A DNA stretch of 64,000 nt from the human T2T-CHM13v2.0 reference genome, Homo sapiens: assembly GCF_009914755.1 (NCBI RefSeq), contig NC_060940.1; one strand, 5' to 3'. Made by a program: the position numbers and the translations under genes. Position 1 is the first letter of the stretch; each line of letters opens with the position of its first letter. The notes beneath the pieces were generated by a model. It was not told the DNA's origin. It worked only from the letters and a program-made list of their open reading frames with translations, and did no database searches. Below, piece by piece: positions 16,101 to 35,745 of the stretch.

Positions 16101-16672
16101 TGGGAACAGTTCCTCTGAAAGGACCTCTCTCCTGAGTTTCCAGTTCCTGGTGGCTTCAAGGCGTAGGTAGGGGTCTCAGGGGCATGGGCCTCTCTGCTCC
16201 CCGTGCAGGCTGAAGGTGGCACATTTGGAGGTTCTGTGTTACATCTCAGGCTTTGCAGCATCTCCAGGGAGCCTGACAGATGGCTGCAAATGATGAGGCC
16301 ACAGGAGCCAGCAGATGGGATGCCTGATGAGCAGAGGGTAACTCGGGTCCCCTCAGCTGCTGCCTCCCTCCTGCTCCACGCAGGCCCTGACAGCTGTGAG
16401 CCAAGGGGCCTCCCCGCCAGGTCAGAACACACAGCAAAGCAGACCAAAGAAATTCCTGGGCCTGAGCAGTGGAAGAGGAACCAGGAGGCACCAGGCAGGG
16501 TGAAAAGGCCCATGAGGTGTGGCTGAAATAGCACAGGACTGACGGGATACGTCACTTTGCTGTGTGACCTCAGGCAAGTGGCTCAACTTCTCTGAGTCAG
16601 CTGCCCGGCCACTCTGGTGTAAAGCAGAGATCACAGTACCTAACCCAAAGAGCTGTCGAAAGAACTAAATGA

Positions 16673-17152
<480 letters not shown>

Positions 17153-17460
17153 TTATTCTATAAAGCTTAGTTGAATGTTTTAGCTGAGTAGAAATAAACG
17201 CAAACTGAGTTATTCCAAGTTAGCCTTCCAGCTGGCTGGGCCACACTGAAGAGATGGGGGAAATCCGACAGGATATTCAAGCTGGAGTTTGAGCCAGACG
17301 TTGTGCTAACTCCTCACATGGATCATCCCACTTGATTCTCAGAAGAATCCCACAAAGTGGACGCTGTTATCCCTATTTTACAGATGAAGACATGAAGTCA
17401 CTAAAAGGATCAACAGCACGCCTGAGGCCCCACCACTAGAGAGCCAGAGCTGGAATCTGA

Positions 17461-17733
<273 letters not shown>

Positions 17734-17735
17734 TG

Positions 17736-17790
17736 AAAAAAGGAGAAGAAAGAAGAAGAAGGAGGAGGAGGAGAGAAAGAAAGAAAGAAA

Positions 17791-17842
<52 letters not shown>

Positions 17843-17955
17843 GAAGGAAGGAAGGAAAGAAGAAGGAAGAAAGGGAGGGAGAAGAGAAAGAAAGGAAGAA
17901 AGAAAGAAAGAGAAAGAAAGAAGGAAAGAAAGAAAAAGAAAGAAAGAATGAAGGA

Positions 17956-18019
<64 letters not shown>

Positions 18020-18043
18020 AAAAGAAAGAAAGAAAAAGAAAAG
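17736..18043 (+). repeat. GA-rich/(GAAA)n polypurine tract
   Basis: ~300 nt, almost purely A/G. Confidence 0.95.
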
Positions 18044-18771
18044 TTCTCTGTGGGTTGTGTGATAACATGCATGAAAGGGATGAGTATACTCAGTGAGTGC
18101 TTACTGTATATGTCAGGGTCGGGCTAAGGGAAGTTGCCCCAGAGACAGGACCCTATTTCTTAAGGACCGGTATGCAGGAGGCATACTTCATATGCTCAGT
18201 CCATGGCAGCCACAAAGAGTTCTATCTCTGGGCCTCAATTTCCTCATCTGTTAAATGGAGCAAGTGGGACCGGCTCTCGGAGCCCTTTGCACTCTGACAT
18301 TCCATGCACAAGGGTCAGACTATTTTCCTGGAACTAGAAGCACAAGAAGAAGAAAGCAGAAGGAGGTGCCTGAGGCTGGAGGGCCTCAGAGAATCACAAG
18401 TGTCACCCCCATGGTGTGACGGCCAAAGGGGAGGAATAAAGATTCCTCCCCAGCCCTACCTGGCCGACACTTACCTCGCCCTTTCCTTTCACTGGATTTC
18501 ACTCCTTACCCCCCTTGCTGGGGCAGTCTTTTCTATTTTATTAGTTCACCTGGGGACAGGAAGTAAAATGGCAAAGGCTAGGACTCTGCAGCCCCTACCC
18601 AGGTTCAGAGCCACCTCTGCCACTTAAAACGCACATGATCTTGGTTGGGAAAGATGATGTAAACTACCTGGGCCTCAGTTTCCCCATCCATAACCTAGTG
18701 TAACAGCAGTACAACCTCTTCAAGTTGTTGGGGAATCAAGTGGGCCTGGCATGTTGCTAAAACAGAAATAA

Positions 18772-19649
<878 letters not shown>

Positions 19650-19881
19650 TAATTTGAAAGCATCTTGAAAAAATAAACTGGCATACTAAAACTATGAGTT
19701 GACAGATATTACTGCTCAGGATGAGACTAAAATAATTAGACTTTTTCAGTGAATGAATGTGAACAGAAATAGTAAATGAGCAGTGGTATGGGAGGCGGGT
19801 ATGGCACACGGCCGAAATTGGGAAGGCAGCGTGAAATGAAAATGAACAGCCCTTCGTTGAAAGATTATTAAGAATTTCTCA

Positions 19882-20047
<166 letters not shown>

Positions 20048-20060
20048 AGGAAACATGACA

Positions 20061-20471
<411 letters not shown>

Positions 20472-22584
20472 TTAACCCTATCTGTGAATCCCTGGGCCCC
20501 TCATACAGGATGTTCACTGCCCAACCCTACGCCATCATAGATCAGTACAAATTGTGAGCCTTCGAGTTATATTATCATTTCTCATAGCAAAGCATGCTAA
20601 GACCACAGAGCCATTTAGAAATTTAAATTACTGCTGTTTACCCTTAACAGAGTCTATTTGCCATGGAGAAACTGTTTCCAATTACAAAACATGAAGGCTG
20701 GTCACCGTTTGGGGTTAATATGATGCTCTGTGGAAGAGTGAGCAGGCAAGACTGCCCAAATACCTAATTACCTGGAAAGATAATCTTGAATAATTGGAAT
20801 TAGAGCAACTAAAGCAATTATTAGATGTTGTGATCTCCAGGAGCAATCTTCCACCAGGCTTAGGGATTTAATCACCTTTAATAAGAGCACATAATTAGAG
20901 GAATCCAGAAATTCAGAAAAGAAAGTGGCAGAACCAGCACTTCAGAATTAAGGAGGTGGGAGGGCCAGGTGTGTTTCTCAAGCAAATGCGTCTCGAGGGA
21001 TGGCTGAGAAGGAAGGGTGGGTAGCAGGGTAGGCTTGAAAACCTCGGAAGCCTAGAGGCTGAGCCTGACTCTGACCTAAACCTGCTGTGTGACCTTGAGC
21101 AAGGCAGTTGACCTCTCTGGGCTCTCCCTTCCTTCCACCCTTCAGTCACTTAGCTATGTCCACTGAGCACCTGCCAGGTTCCCAGCACTGAGATACTCAG
21201 TGTCGCCTTTTGCACAGGCTGTTCATTCTACTGGGACTTCCTCTGACACCCCTCATGCACGAGAAGGAATTGCATTCTGTCTTCGAGATGCTTCCAACAT
21301 GGCGCTCCTCCACTCAATCTTCCTAGACTGCCATCACACCGCAGCCCTCTGTCTCCCCTCACGGATTGTGAGTCTGGATCCCCTCATCTGCCTTCCCACT
21401 AGAAGATGAGCTCTTCAAGAACAGAGCGAGGTTAGGGATGGTTCTCCTCCCTGCCTTATTTCCTGACACACACCCTGGCATCAAGGGATACTGACGACTG
21501 GCCCAAGGCAAGATGGACGAAGGTTACTGCAGCCCACTCCTGAAAGCGAGGTTGCAGTCTGCCCTGCCTCCGAGAATTAACTGGCATCAGGTGAGCCAGC
21601 CTCTGCTGTGAGTTGACTGACAATGGCCAGGCATCATAGGAAGATTCTAGAGCTCCACGATGGAGCAGGGCCATTCAGATGGTGGACAGTTCCCAACCTG
21701 GGTCGCAGGGCTGGGAGTATTATCTCCATACTATCTGGGAATGGTAGGTGAGAAGGAGTAATGGAGTGTGACCAGTATCCTGCCTTTCTGTGTCTTGAAA
21801 TGTCTGTCTCTTTGAAATGGAAAGAATCACAGCTTCCATGTTTCTGGGCCCTGGACCACCAGGAGGTACCCAGTCCCTCGGGAGCATCGAGTGAGAGTAA
21901 TTGATGCAGTCTGGGGATGAAGGAGGGCTTTGTGGAGGCAGGACCTTTGGGTTGGCTCATGAAGGTTGATGGAGGGTTCCCCAGACAGCCAGGGGTGTAA
22001 AGAGCATTGATTAACTCTCAGGCAAAAAGATGCTCTAGCCACCTGGCGTATTCCGGCTGCAGCCAGTAGGTTGACCTGTTTTTAGCTCAGATGTCAGTTT
22101 GGGCAGCTGTGGAAGCAGCTGTGGAGAGGGGCTCCCCTCTCTGCTCAGCATGCTCTGATCTATGCACGTTTCAGTTCTATGACATAAATCAATAAAATGC
22201 ACTAAATAAATTAAGTGAGCAGCAGAATTGTAAATCGATTTCAGGCGGAGAACAGAGAGGTTGAGGGAACGAACAAGAGACTATTATAGGAACTGAAGTG
22301 AGAAATGACTCACGCAAGACTCAAGAGTGTGACCATGGAGCCAACCACATTGTTACACATCCCTGAAATATTAAACAAATGAAACCTACAAGCTTTGGAG
22401 ATTGCTTCACAAAAATTGCTGGCTGGTGGCTGCCAGAAATCCCAGGGCACCAAGAAACAGGAGCAGGGAGCAGGGATGACTTAAAATACAGTTCAACCCA
22501 GGTGGGTCAGAGGAGATCACAGCTTCAGGAGTCAGATCCAGGTTTCTAAGCCCAAATGGGCCACCCACTATCTATAACCTGGCC

Positions 22585-24580
<1,996 letters not shown>

Positions 24581-24649
24581 TGAACATGGGGCTGAACCAA
24601 AGGCCACTGCTCTCTTTCAATACCGCCAATCATTACAGTTAAGGAATAA

Positions 24650-26240
<1,591 letters not shown>

Positions 26241-26292
26241 CCCTAGATAATCATTGAGTCAAAATGGGGCTGCAGGTCAAAAGACTCCATAA

Positions 26293-26423
26293 GAGAAGAG
26301 GAAGGAAGGAAGGAAGGAAGGAAGGAAGGAAGGAAGGAAGGAAGGAAGGAAGGAAAGAAGGAAGGAAGGAAGGGAGGAAGGAAGGACAGGAGGGAGGGAG
26401 GGAGAGAAGAAGGAAAGGAGGAA
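26293..26423 (+). repeat. GGAA microsatellite (14 consecutive units at 26300-26355)
   Basis: Counted directly. Confidence 0.95.
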
Positions 26424-26879
26424 GTGTTATTATAATTAGCCAGTTGTCTTTGAAGACATTGAGAGAACATTTACACATTTGCCAATAATTTGCAAAAAGG
26501 ATGAACAGTTTTCTTTTGAAGCTAGAAAGTTTAATGATAGTTGGTTAATCTAGAAAATTTAATGATAGTTGGTTAATCTGGAAGGTTTCATGACTGTTAA
26601 TAGTTATATATTTTTAACCAGAAAGTTGGCCAAAGTCTGTGCACATAAAACAGTTCTTCAATCTCAGAAGAGGAAGCAATAATAGACCATTTAGCAGCCT
26701 GATGCCAACCAGGTTATAGATAAATATTCAAATATTTAGGTCACTTTGGGAGAAATAAAGATCCTGACAATGACCAGAGGAGACCTTGACAAGCAAATTA
26801 ATGAGTCTCACGCTCATGACCAGAAATCCAGCCAGGCTGGCTCCAGCTGCCACCCATCCTTGAGACCTATGGTCAGGTC

Positions 26880-27335
26880 CGGGTGTGGTCACTTAAATTA
26901 TTGATCAGCAAACATTCACTCCAAACACCCCACCCATTCCTCCATGTGAGCAGTATACTTCTTGCCCCATTGATGTTGGACTTGGCCATGGGACTGGCTG
27001 TGGCCAATGGGATGTTGGTGGATATGATCCAAACAAGGTTTAAAATGTGCTTGTGCAGTTGGCTCCCCATCTTGCATTTCTGTCATTACCATGAAAAAAC
27101 CTCCACCAAGCACCTACTATCCCCTCTACCTGAACAGACACAAGTGGGGCAGATTGAGCCCAGCCTATATCCTGGAACCAAGCCTTCCGACATGAGCTAA
27201 ACTCAAGAAAACCCACAGACATGTGAGGAAAAAAAAAAAAACTGTGTGAATGCCACTGAGTTGTGTGAATGCCACTGGGTTGTGTGATAGCTCGTTACAT
27301 AACATTATTGTTGGTCTTACTGGCCAATGCACCAG
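26880..27335 (+). mobile_element. MLT1 LTR with a 20-bp tandem duplication near its end
   Basis: ttggccatgggactggctgtggccaatgggatg...; tgtgtgaatgccactg twice. Confidence 0.7.
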
Positions 27336-27496
27336 GTTTTAAGATTATCCTGTGGGTCACAGTTATTTGGTAGGAGACTCTTGCCCTAGTGAATAAATGA
27401 CTGAGGTTTTGAGAGACAAAGGAACCCTTGAGGAGGAAGACAGGGAAGTAGGAGAAACTTTTCTCTGCATGTTCAGTATCAAGTTCACAACATCAA

Positions 27497-27794
<298 letters not shown>

Positions 27795-28125
27795 TCATAA
27801 CCTGGAGGCATTGCTGTTGATCTGCGTTTGTACATTTCATCTTAAGTTGCTCAGGCATCTTTGATCACTTTCTTCTTCTCTGCCTGGCACAATCTACTGT
27901 GCAGACCTTTGTTATACTGCTTATACTGTCTTGCCAGTGGTACTCCAGTGCTGGGCTAGGACTTGGAGACCCAGAGGTAAATGAGAAATTATGCTACCCA
28001 TCGAAGGTCTTGGGCTTGTAAGGGACAGAGAGATGTGCACAAGTCACTGTTATTCAGCTACAATACAATACAGAACACTCAAGTGCAGTTCAGCTAGACA
28101 GCCTGGTTTAAACACATGTCAATAT

Positions 28126-28542
28126 ACGTGATAGTCCATGTTGCACTGCTATAAATACCTGAGGCTGCGTAATTTACAAAGAAGAGGTTTATTTGGCTCA
28201 CAATTCTGCAGGCTGTATAAGCATGGCGCCAGCATCTGCTTGGCTTCTGGTGAGGCTTCAGGAAGCTTTTACTCATGGTGGAAGATGTAGAGGAAGCAGG
28301 CATGTCACATGGCAAGAGAGAGAGTGAGAAAGAGAGGAGAGGAGGTGCTAGGCTCTTTTAAATAACAAGCTCCAGTGTGAACTAATACGGTGAGAATTCA
28401 CGCATTACCAAGGGGACGGCACCAAGTCATTCACGAGGGATCCACCTCCATGACTCAAACACTTCCCACTGGGCCCCACCTCCAGCATTGAAGGTCACAT
28501 TTCAAAATGAGATGTAGAGGGGACACACATTCAAACTATATC
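28126..28542 (-). mobile_element. MST solo LTR
   Basis: gctataaatacctgaggctg...aaactatatca. Confidence 0.88.
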
Positions 28543-28543
28543 A

Positions 28544-28868
<325 letters not shown>

Positions 28869-29108
28869 CTATATCAGTCATCATGCGATAGAATATCCTA
28901 CACCTATTTCAAGATAAGGACAAGTTCTATGTACTGACATGAATAGCAAACCATGATTTTATATATCAAATATATGTATGTACATACGTGTGTGTATGTA
29001 TACATTTTTTTCAAGAACTGATAAACCAAACCATTCATATTAAATACCCAAGGGTGGGTTTATAAGAGACTTTCATCTGTAATTTACACACTTGGGGCTA
29101 TCAAAACT

Positions 29109-29405
29109 TCTTTTTCTTTTTTTTGAGACAGAGTCTTGCTCTGTTGCCCAGGCTGGAGTGCAGTGGCATGATCTCGGCTCACTGTAACCTCCACCTCCCG
29201 GTTCAAGCCATTCTCCTGCCTCAGCCTCCCAAGTAGCTGGGATTACAGGTGCATGCCACCATGCCCAGTTAATTTTTGTATATTTAGTGGAGACAGGATT
29301 TCACCATGTTGGCCAGGCTGGTCTCAAATTCCTGACCTCAGGTGATCTGCCCGCCTTGTACTCCCAAAGTGCTGGGATTACAGGCATGAGCCACTGCACC
29401 CGGCC
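29109..29405 (-). mobile_element. AluS
   Basis: Full dimer. Confidence 0.94.
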
Positions 29406-29439
29406 ACGGTTGTTAAAATTTCTATAACAAGTGTGTATA

Positions 29440-30220
<781 letters not shown>

Positions 30221-30649
30221 AAATACAGATCATTCAGGTACCAAGCAAATCAGGGAGCAAGAATGAAAGGAGGTAACCACTTACAAGATTGTGGCAGGAA
30301 TCCGGATAAAAAATGGTTGTGGCTTAGGCTAGCATAAAACAAAAAAGACATTTCCCATGTAAAACACAAAACTAGAATAGTCAGGCAAACGAAGAAAAAT
30401 GTGTGATGCTATGGTAAGAAACTGATGATGGACAAATATTTTGCCAGGAGGGAGAGGGTAGGTGAGCAGGGGACAAGAGGGTATTGGAGAAAATGGGAAT
30501 GGGGAAGTGGCATTTGAGAAGGGCCTGGAAATCTTGAAATCATGCCTGCGGTTTGCCAGGTGGGAGGAGCTGGAGGCAGGAAGGAAAGCACTCACCGGAC
30601 CTCAGCTGATAAAGGGAGTACAGATATCCCCCAGGCTCAGAAGCCCTAA

Positions 30650-30830
30650 GCTTTTCAGCTGGAGAACCAGACATTTAAGAGCCAGACTGTTCAGGTTCAA
30701 ATCCCAGTTCCCCCATTTTTCCAGCCGTGTGGTTGCTCTGTACCTCAGTTTCCTCACCTGTAAAATGGGGATTACAGGAGCCAACGTGTGCCAAGTTCTC
30801 AGCATAGCACCTGGCACACAGTAACTACCG
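30650..30830 (+). mobile_element. MIR
   Basis: ctctgtacctcagtttcctcacctgtaaaatgggg. Confidence 0.82.
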
Positions 30831-31449
30831 TATGAAAGCCAGTTAGTGCCAGTGTCGTGATTATCGTATGTGGCAGACCAGAAAGATGCCAGGAGGGATG
30901 TCCCAGAGGGAGCCAGTGCGGGAGCCATAACATAGGGAAAGAGTATTCCTTGGGAGAACACAGCTGAGTGTGGACATCCAACCCCGCACACTTGTTCCCA
31001 GTGCGGCTGGGAACAAGTCCCTCGTCTCTCTGCCCTCAGATTCCTCTGTGAAATGGAGAAGCTGAGTGTGGTGGGGAGAAAATGGATGGGTCTGAGGGTG
31101 CCACGTTACTGCGGGTGTCTACTGGAAGGGCTGGGCCCGTATACATGGGGGGAGGCCACACGGGCTGCCTTGGACCAAACCCTGCCAACCTCAAGCGAGA
31201 GCTACAGTGTTTGAGAGACAGCGAGTACGTGAAAATCATTCAGCACCTCAGTGGCAAAGCCAGCCCACTCAGCCTCCTTGTAAACATTTTTATATACACA
31301 GCCAGAAGGTTCTCGGTGTGGCTGCCAAGCCCTAAAAGTAAAATCACAAGGCCAGTAAAACACAAAGATACAACCTCTTTGGGGTTCTTGTAAAAGAAGC
31401 AAAATAAAGGCCTGATACCTTCTGGAGGGGCACAGGCCACCCACCTGCC

Positions 31450-31735
31450 ACTGTACACAGACACACACACACACACGTACTCAAATTCACACACGCACTC
31501 ACATGGGCACACAACCCGTATGTGCTCACCCTAGAACACACCTGTGCTTATGCACACATGGCACCTGCACTTACATGTGCACGCATGTGTACACGCCTCC
31601 ATGCCCACGTTCACACATGCTCACCCAGCTCATCCACAGGCATGCATGCGTGCACACACATAGCAGCAGCCACTCATGCACACGCACACTCACCCTTACC
31701 CGGGACACACGCACACATGCATGTGCACATACACA
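31450..31735. repeat. Degenerate (CA)-rich tract, UG-rich on the GSG1L sense strand
   Basis: Alternating purine-pyrimidine cacacac/gcacacatg units. Confidence 0.9.
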
Positions 31736-31803
31736 GGCCCTGCTTTCTGGAAGCCAGATTTGGAGCAAAGTTGACCCAGGAGCTCCAAGGCCTTGGGAAT
31801 TAT

Positions 31804-31862
31804 GGGATGCACATCCCAGAGGGCTGCACATCCCAGAGGGCTGCACATCGCAGAAGGCTGCA
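31804..31862. repeat. 17-bp tandem repeat, ~3.5 copies
   Basis: gggctgcacatcccaga units. Confidence 0.9.
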
Positions 31863-32589
31863 GACAGTGGAGAGGTGTGAAGCGCAGGCCTGGATTTCAC
31901 CCAGCTCTGCCTCTCATGAGGTGTGAGACCTAAGTGACTTCATCTCTCTAAGCCTTGGTTTCTTCATCTGTCAGGTGGGAGTGAGAATGACAGCCCCTTC
32001 CTCAAGGGGTTGTGGGGAGGTTTCTCAGTTGATGCTTGCGACGTGCTTGGCACTGTATCCGGCACATAGTAACTGTTCAACAAATATCAGCCATGCAGTG
32101 GTCATATTATTGTGTTTCCCAGTGATCTCAATTTGGAAGCTGTGGCTTGAGCCGCCCAGCCAAATGTTTTGGAGATGGTCACATGTAGCAATTAAACAGA
32201 ACACAGCCATGGGGACATCAAAGAAATGGAGGAGGCGGTCCTGACTGCCAAGAGGCTGCTGGGGGGTAGGGAGTCCTTGTCGCTTTCTGGGAACTGAGGG
32301 CCCGGTGGGTTCCCTGTCTCTTGCCCCTCAACTTCACCAGCTGCCACTTGACTGGAGCGCTCCAAAAAGACAGTGTCTGCAAAACAGAATGTCACCAGCT
32401 TCCAGGACACATGGTGCCCTTCTGCCTCAGTTTCCCCTCCCCTGACTCCCAAGCCCAGAGCCCTCTCTTAATCTCCAGGCTATCTGAAGAGACATGCATA
32501 CCTGTTTCACTCTTGGCAGCCTATCTCCTGGGTGGCAGAGGGTAGGCAGGTGGGGAGGCAGCCACACTCCCCCGTGTCCCTGTGGCAGG

Positions 32590-33027
32590 CTCTCCTCCTG
32601 TGTCCATTCTCTTGTTCTTCCATAATAACAAAACTCCTGACTTTCAGCTAGGCACAGCATTGCCCAGGATAAAGACCACATTTCCCAGCCTCCCTTCTAG
32701 CTGGGTGTGACCATGTGACTAGTTCTGGTCAAGGAGATATATGCAGGTGTTGTGGGATAACTTCTGGGAACCTTAGAGTTTGCCCTTCCTGCATCCTGCT
32801 GCCTGGAATGCAGATGTAATAGCTGGTGCTCTGGCAGCCATCTTAGACCATGAAGAAAAACACAGTGGGACAACAGAGAGAGTGGCAGGGGCCAGGATCC
32901 TGAGGACTTTGTGGAGCAGAGCCACCTTAGATTGTCTACTTTCAAACTTTTATAAAGGAGATAAATTTCTCCATTGAAATTAGTTCCTTAGGGTCACTAT
33001 TACTTGCAACTAAACCTAATCCTGACT
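32590..33027 (+). mobile_element. MLT1 (J/K-like) LTR
   Basis: acatttcccagcctccctt...ccatgtgact...gcagccatctt...acttgcaactaaacctaatcc. Confidence 0.8.
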
Positions 33028-33587
33028 GCTATCCCCTGACTCAAGCTGTGCCCTGCTCCTGATAATCCAGTCACTGCCTTGCACACCTCTGGACATCTCT
33101 GTGGGCTCAGAGCCTCTGCTGTCGGGCTCTGAACACCAGTGAGCCCTCTCTGGATGGTGGCATCCAATCAGACTGGCCCTCCCCACACCTGTGAGATGAC
33201 AAAGGCCAGGCACCTGGCTTCCCTCCCCCAAGGTCAAATCCTACAGCTGGAGGCAAACCCCAACACCAGTCTTGCCTGAACCAAACGTCCACACCCCCAT
33301 CATCCCTCCCACAGTCCCAGCATGCACTGGACAGAATGGAAGGGTGATGACCCTCAGGACTACTCTGTCAGACAGGGAGGGCAGACAGTCCCCATCCACC
33401 AGCCTCTCCCACTCCACTGAGAGCTCAAGAAACTCAGGGCTTTGCAACAGGGTGTCTGGCTCCCAGGGCCCTGTTGCCCAGGGATGCTGAAGAAGATGCT
33501 ATCACAGGGCTTTGGGGAGCCACCAAGGCAGGAAAGATGTCCCCAGAGAGAGCAGAGCTGCCACAGCTCAGCTGGGGTCACACTCAC

Positions 33588-33635
33588 CTTTCTCCGACGC
33601 CGGGGCCAGGTCAATGAAGCTGCGACATTTTTCAC
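33588..33635 (-). CDS. GSG1L: GSG1L internal coding exon (48 nt, probably exon 2), encoding (G)[15 protein letters not shown](G) of the first extracellular region
   Basis: The minus strand reads cttctcttcttttcaaAG|GTGAAAAATGTCGCAGCTTCATTGACCTGGCCCCGGCGTCGGAGAAAG|GTGAGT: pyrimidine tract plus AG, consensus donor, CpG-rich body, symmetric phase 1. The peptide matches my recollection of GSG1L ...[31 protein letters not shown]... Confidence 0.93.
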
Positions 33636-34518
33636 CTTTGAAAAGAAGAGAAGCGTTTTCAGAATGTGAGAGGACACGTGGGCTTCCGAGGTTTGCCTGC
33701 TCCCATCCCATGAGCCCTGGAGCAAGCCAGTGTCTCTGACCCAAGCCCAGTGACATCTTTCTCCAACCCTGGTTCCTAGAAGCCCAACATCCCAGGAGTG
33801 TGGATGGCGAAACTGCCAATTCTCCCACCTCCTGACCCCATCCATCCTGGCCCATCGCTTCCACCTCCACGATAGCAACCTTGTCCCTTTCCACAGCCTC
33901 CCCCCAGAATCCACGCTCCTCCTCACTGGCCTCCCCAGGCCTCCACTCTGGCCCCTCTCCGATTCATTCTCCACGCTGCAGCTGGAGGGATCATTTCAAA
34001 ACACAGCTCTGATCACATCCAACACACGCACACACACAGCTTGCTCCTGTTTGAAACTCTTTGATGACTTCCCAAAGGAGAAAGTTCAAATTCCCATTTG
34101 TGGACCCAGAACAGGCCTTGACTGGCCTGTCCACCCACTGCCCTCTCCCTCTGCCCCCGTTCCTGGTACACCCCTGTGCAGCCTCCCACCATGGCTTTGC
34201 ACATGCTGTTCCCCGCCTGGAACATGCTCCCGCTGTTGTAACTCTCACAGCACCTTGGATTTCTATGGGGCATGGCCACCATCCTGAGTCTGCCTTTGCA
34301 TGTGTGAGTCTCAGGTGCAAGTTAGTGGCACTGAGATGATAAGTCACTGAAAGAGAGTGTACTGACCGCCAAGAACTGGAAGGGAGGATTTAAAAGAAAG
34401 AAAACAAAAGTGGTGTGCTACAGTGGATGGATTTTGAATGAATTGCTTTATACTTTTTTTAATGTTACATTGTTTCCTCAAAGGCTAGAGGGAGGGAAAT
34501 TCAACATACAGATCATAA

Positions 34519-34778
<260 letters not shown>

Positions 34779-34924
34779 TCAGCATCCACAGCCACATTGA
34801 GGCATTGGTGGGCCTTCGGCCATTTTGCCTTGATGAGCCCCTTCCTAAATAAAAATTAATTAAATAATTAATTGTTGTATTTATCAATCGTGGATAGCAC
34901 AATTGTATTTATCAATTGTGGATA

Positions 34925-35745
<821 letters not shown>

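Noticed and set aside
33636-33665. SRRM4-type neuronal microexon regulation
   Set aside because: There is no UGC motif just upstream of the AG (the sequence is aacgcttc), and both splice sites are strong.
33360-33974. 204-aa and 108-aa minus-strand ORFs over the exon
   Set aside because: Only the 48 nt between the splice sites match GSG1L; the rest is intronic read-through.
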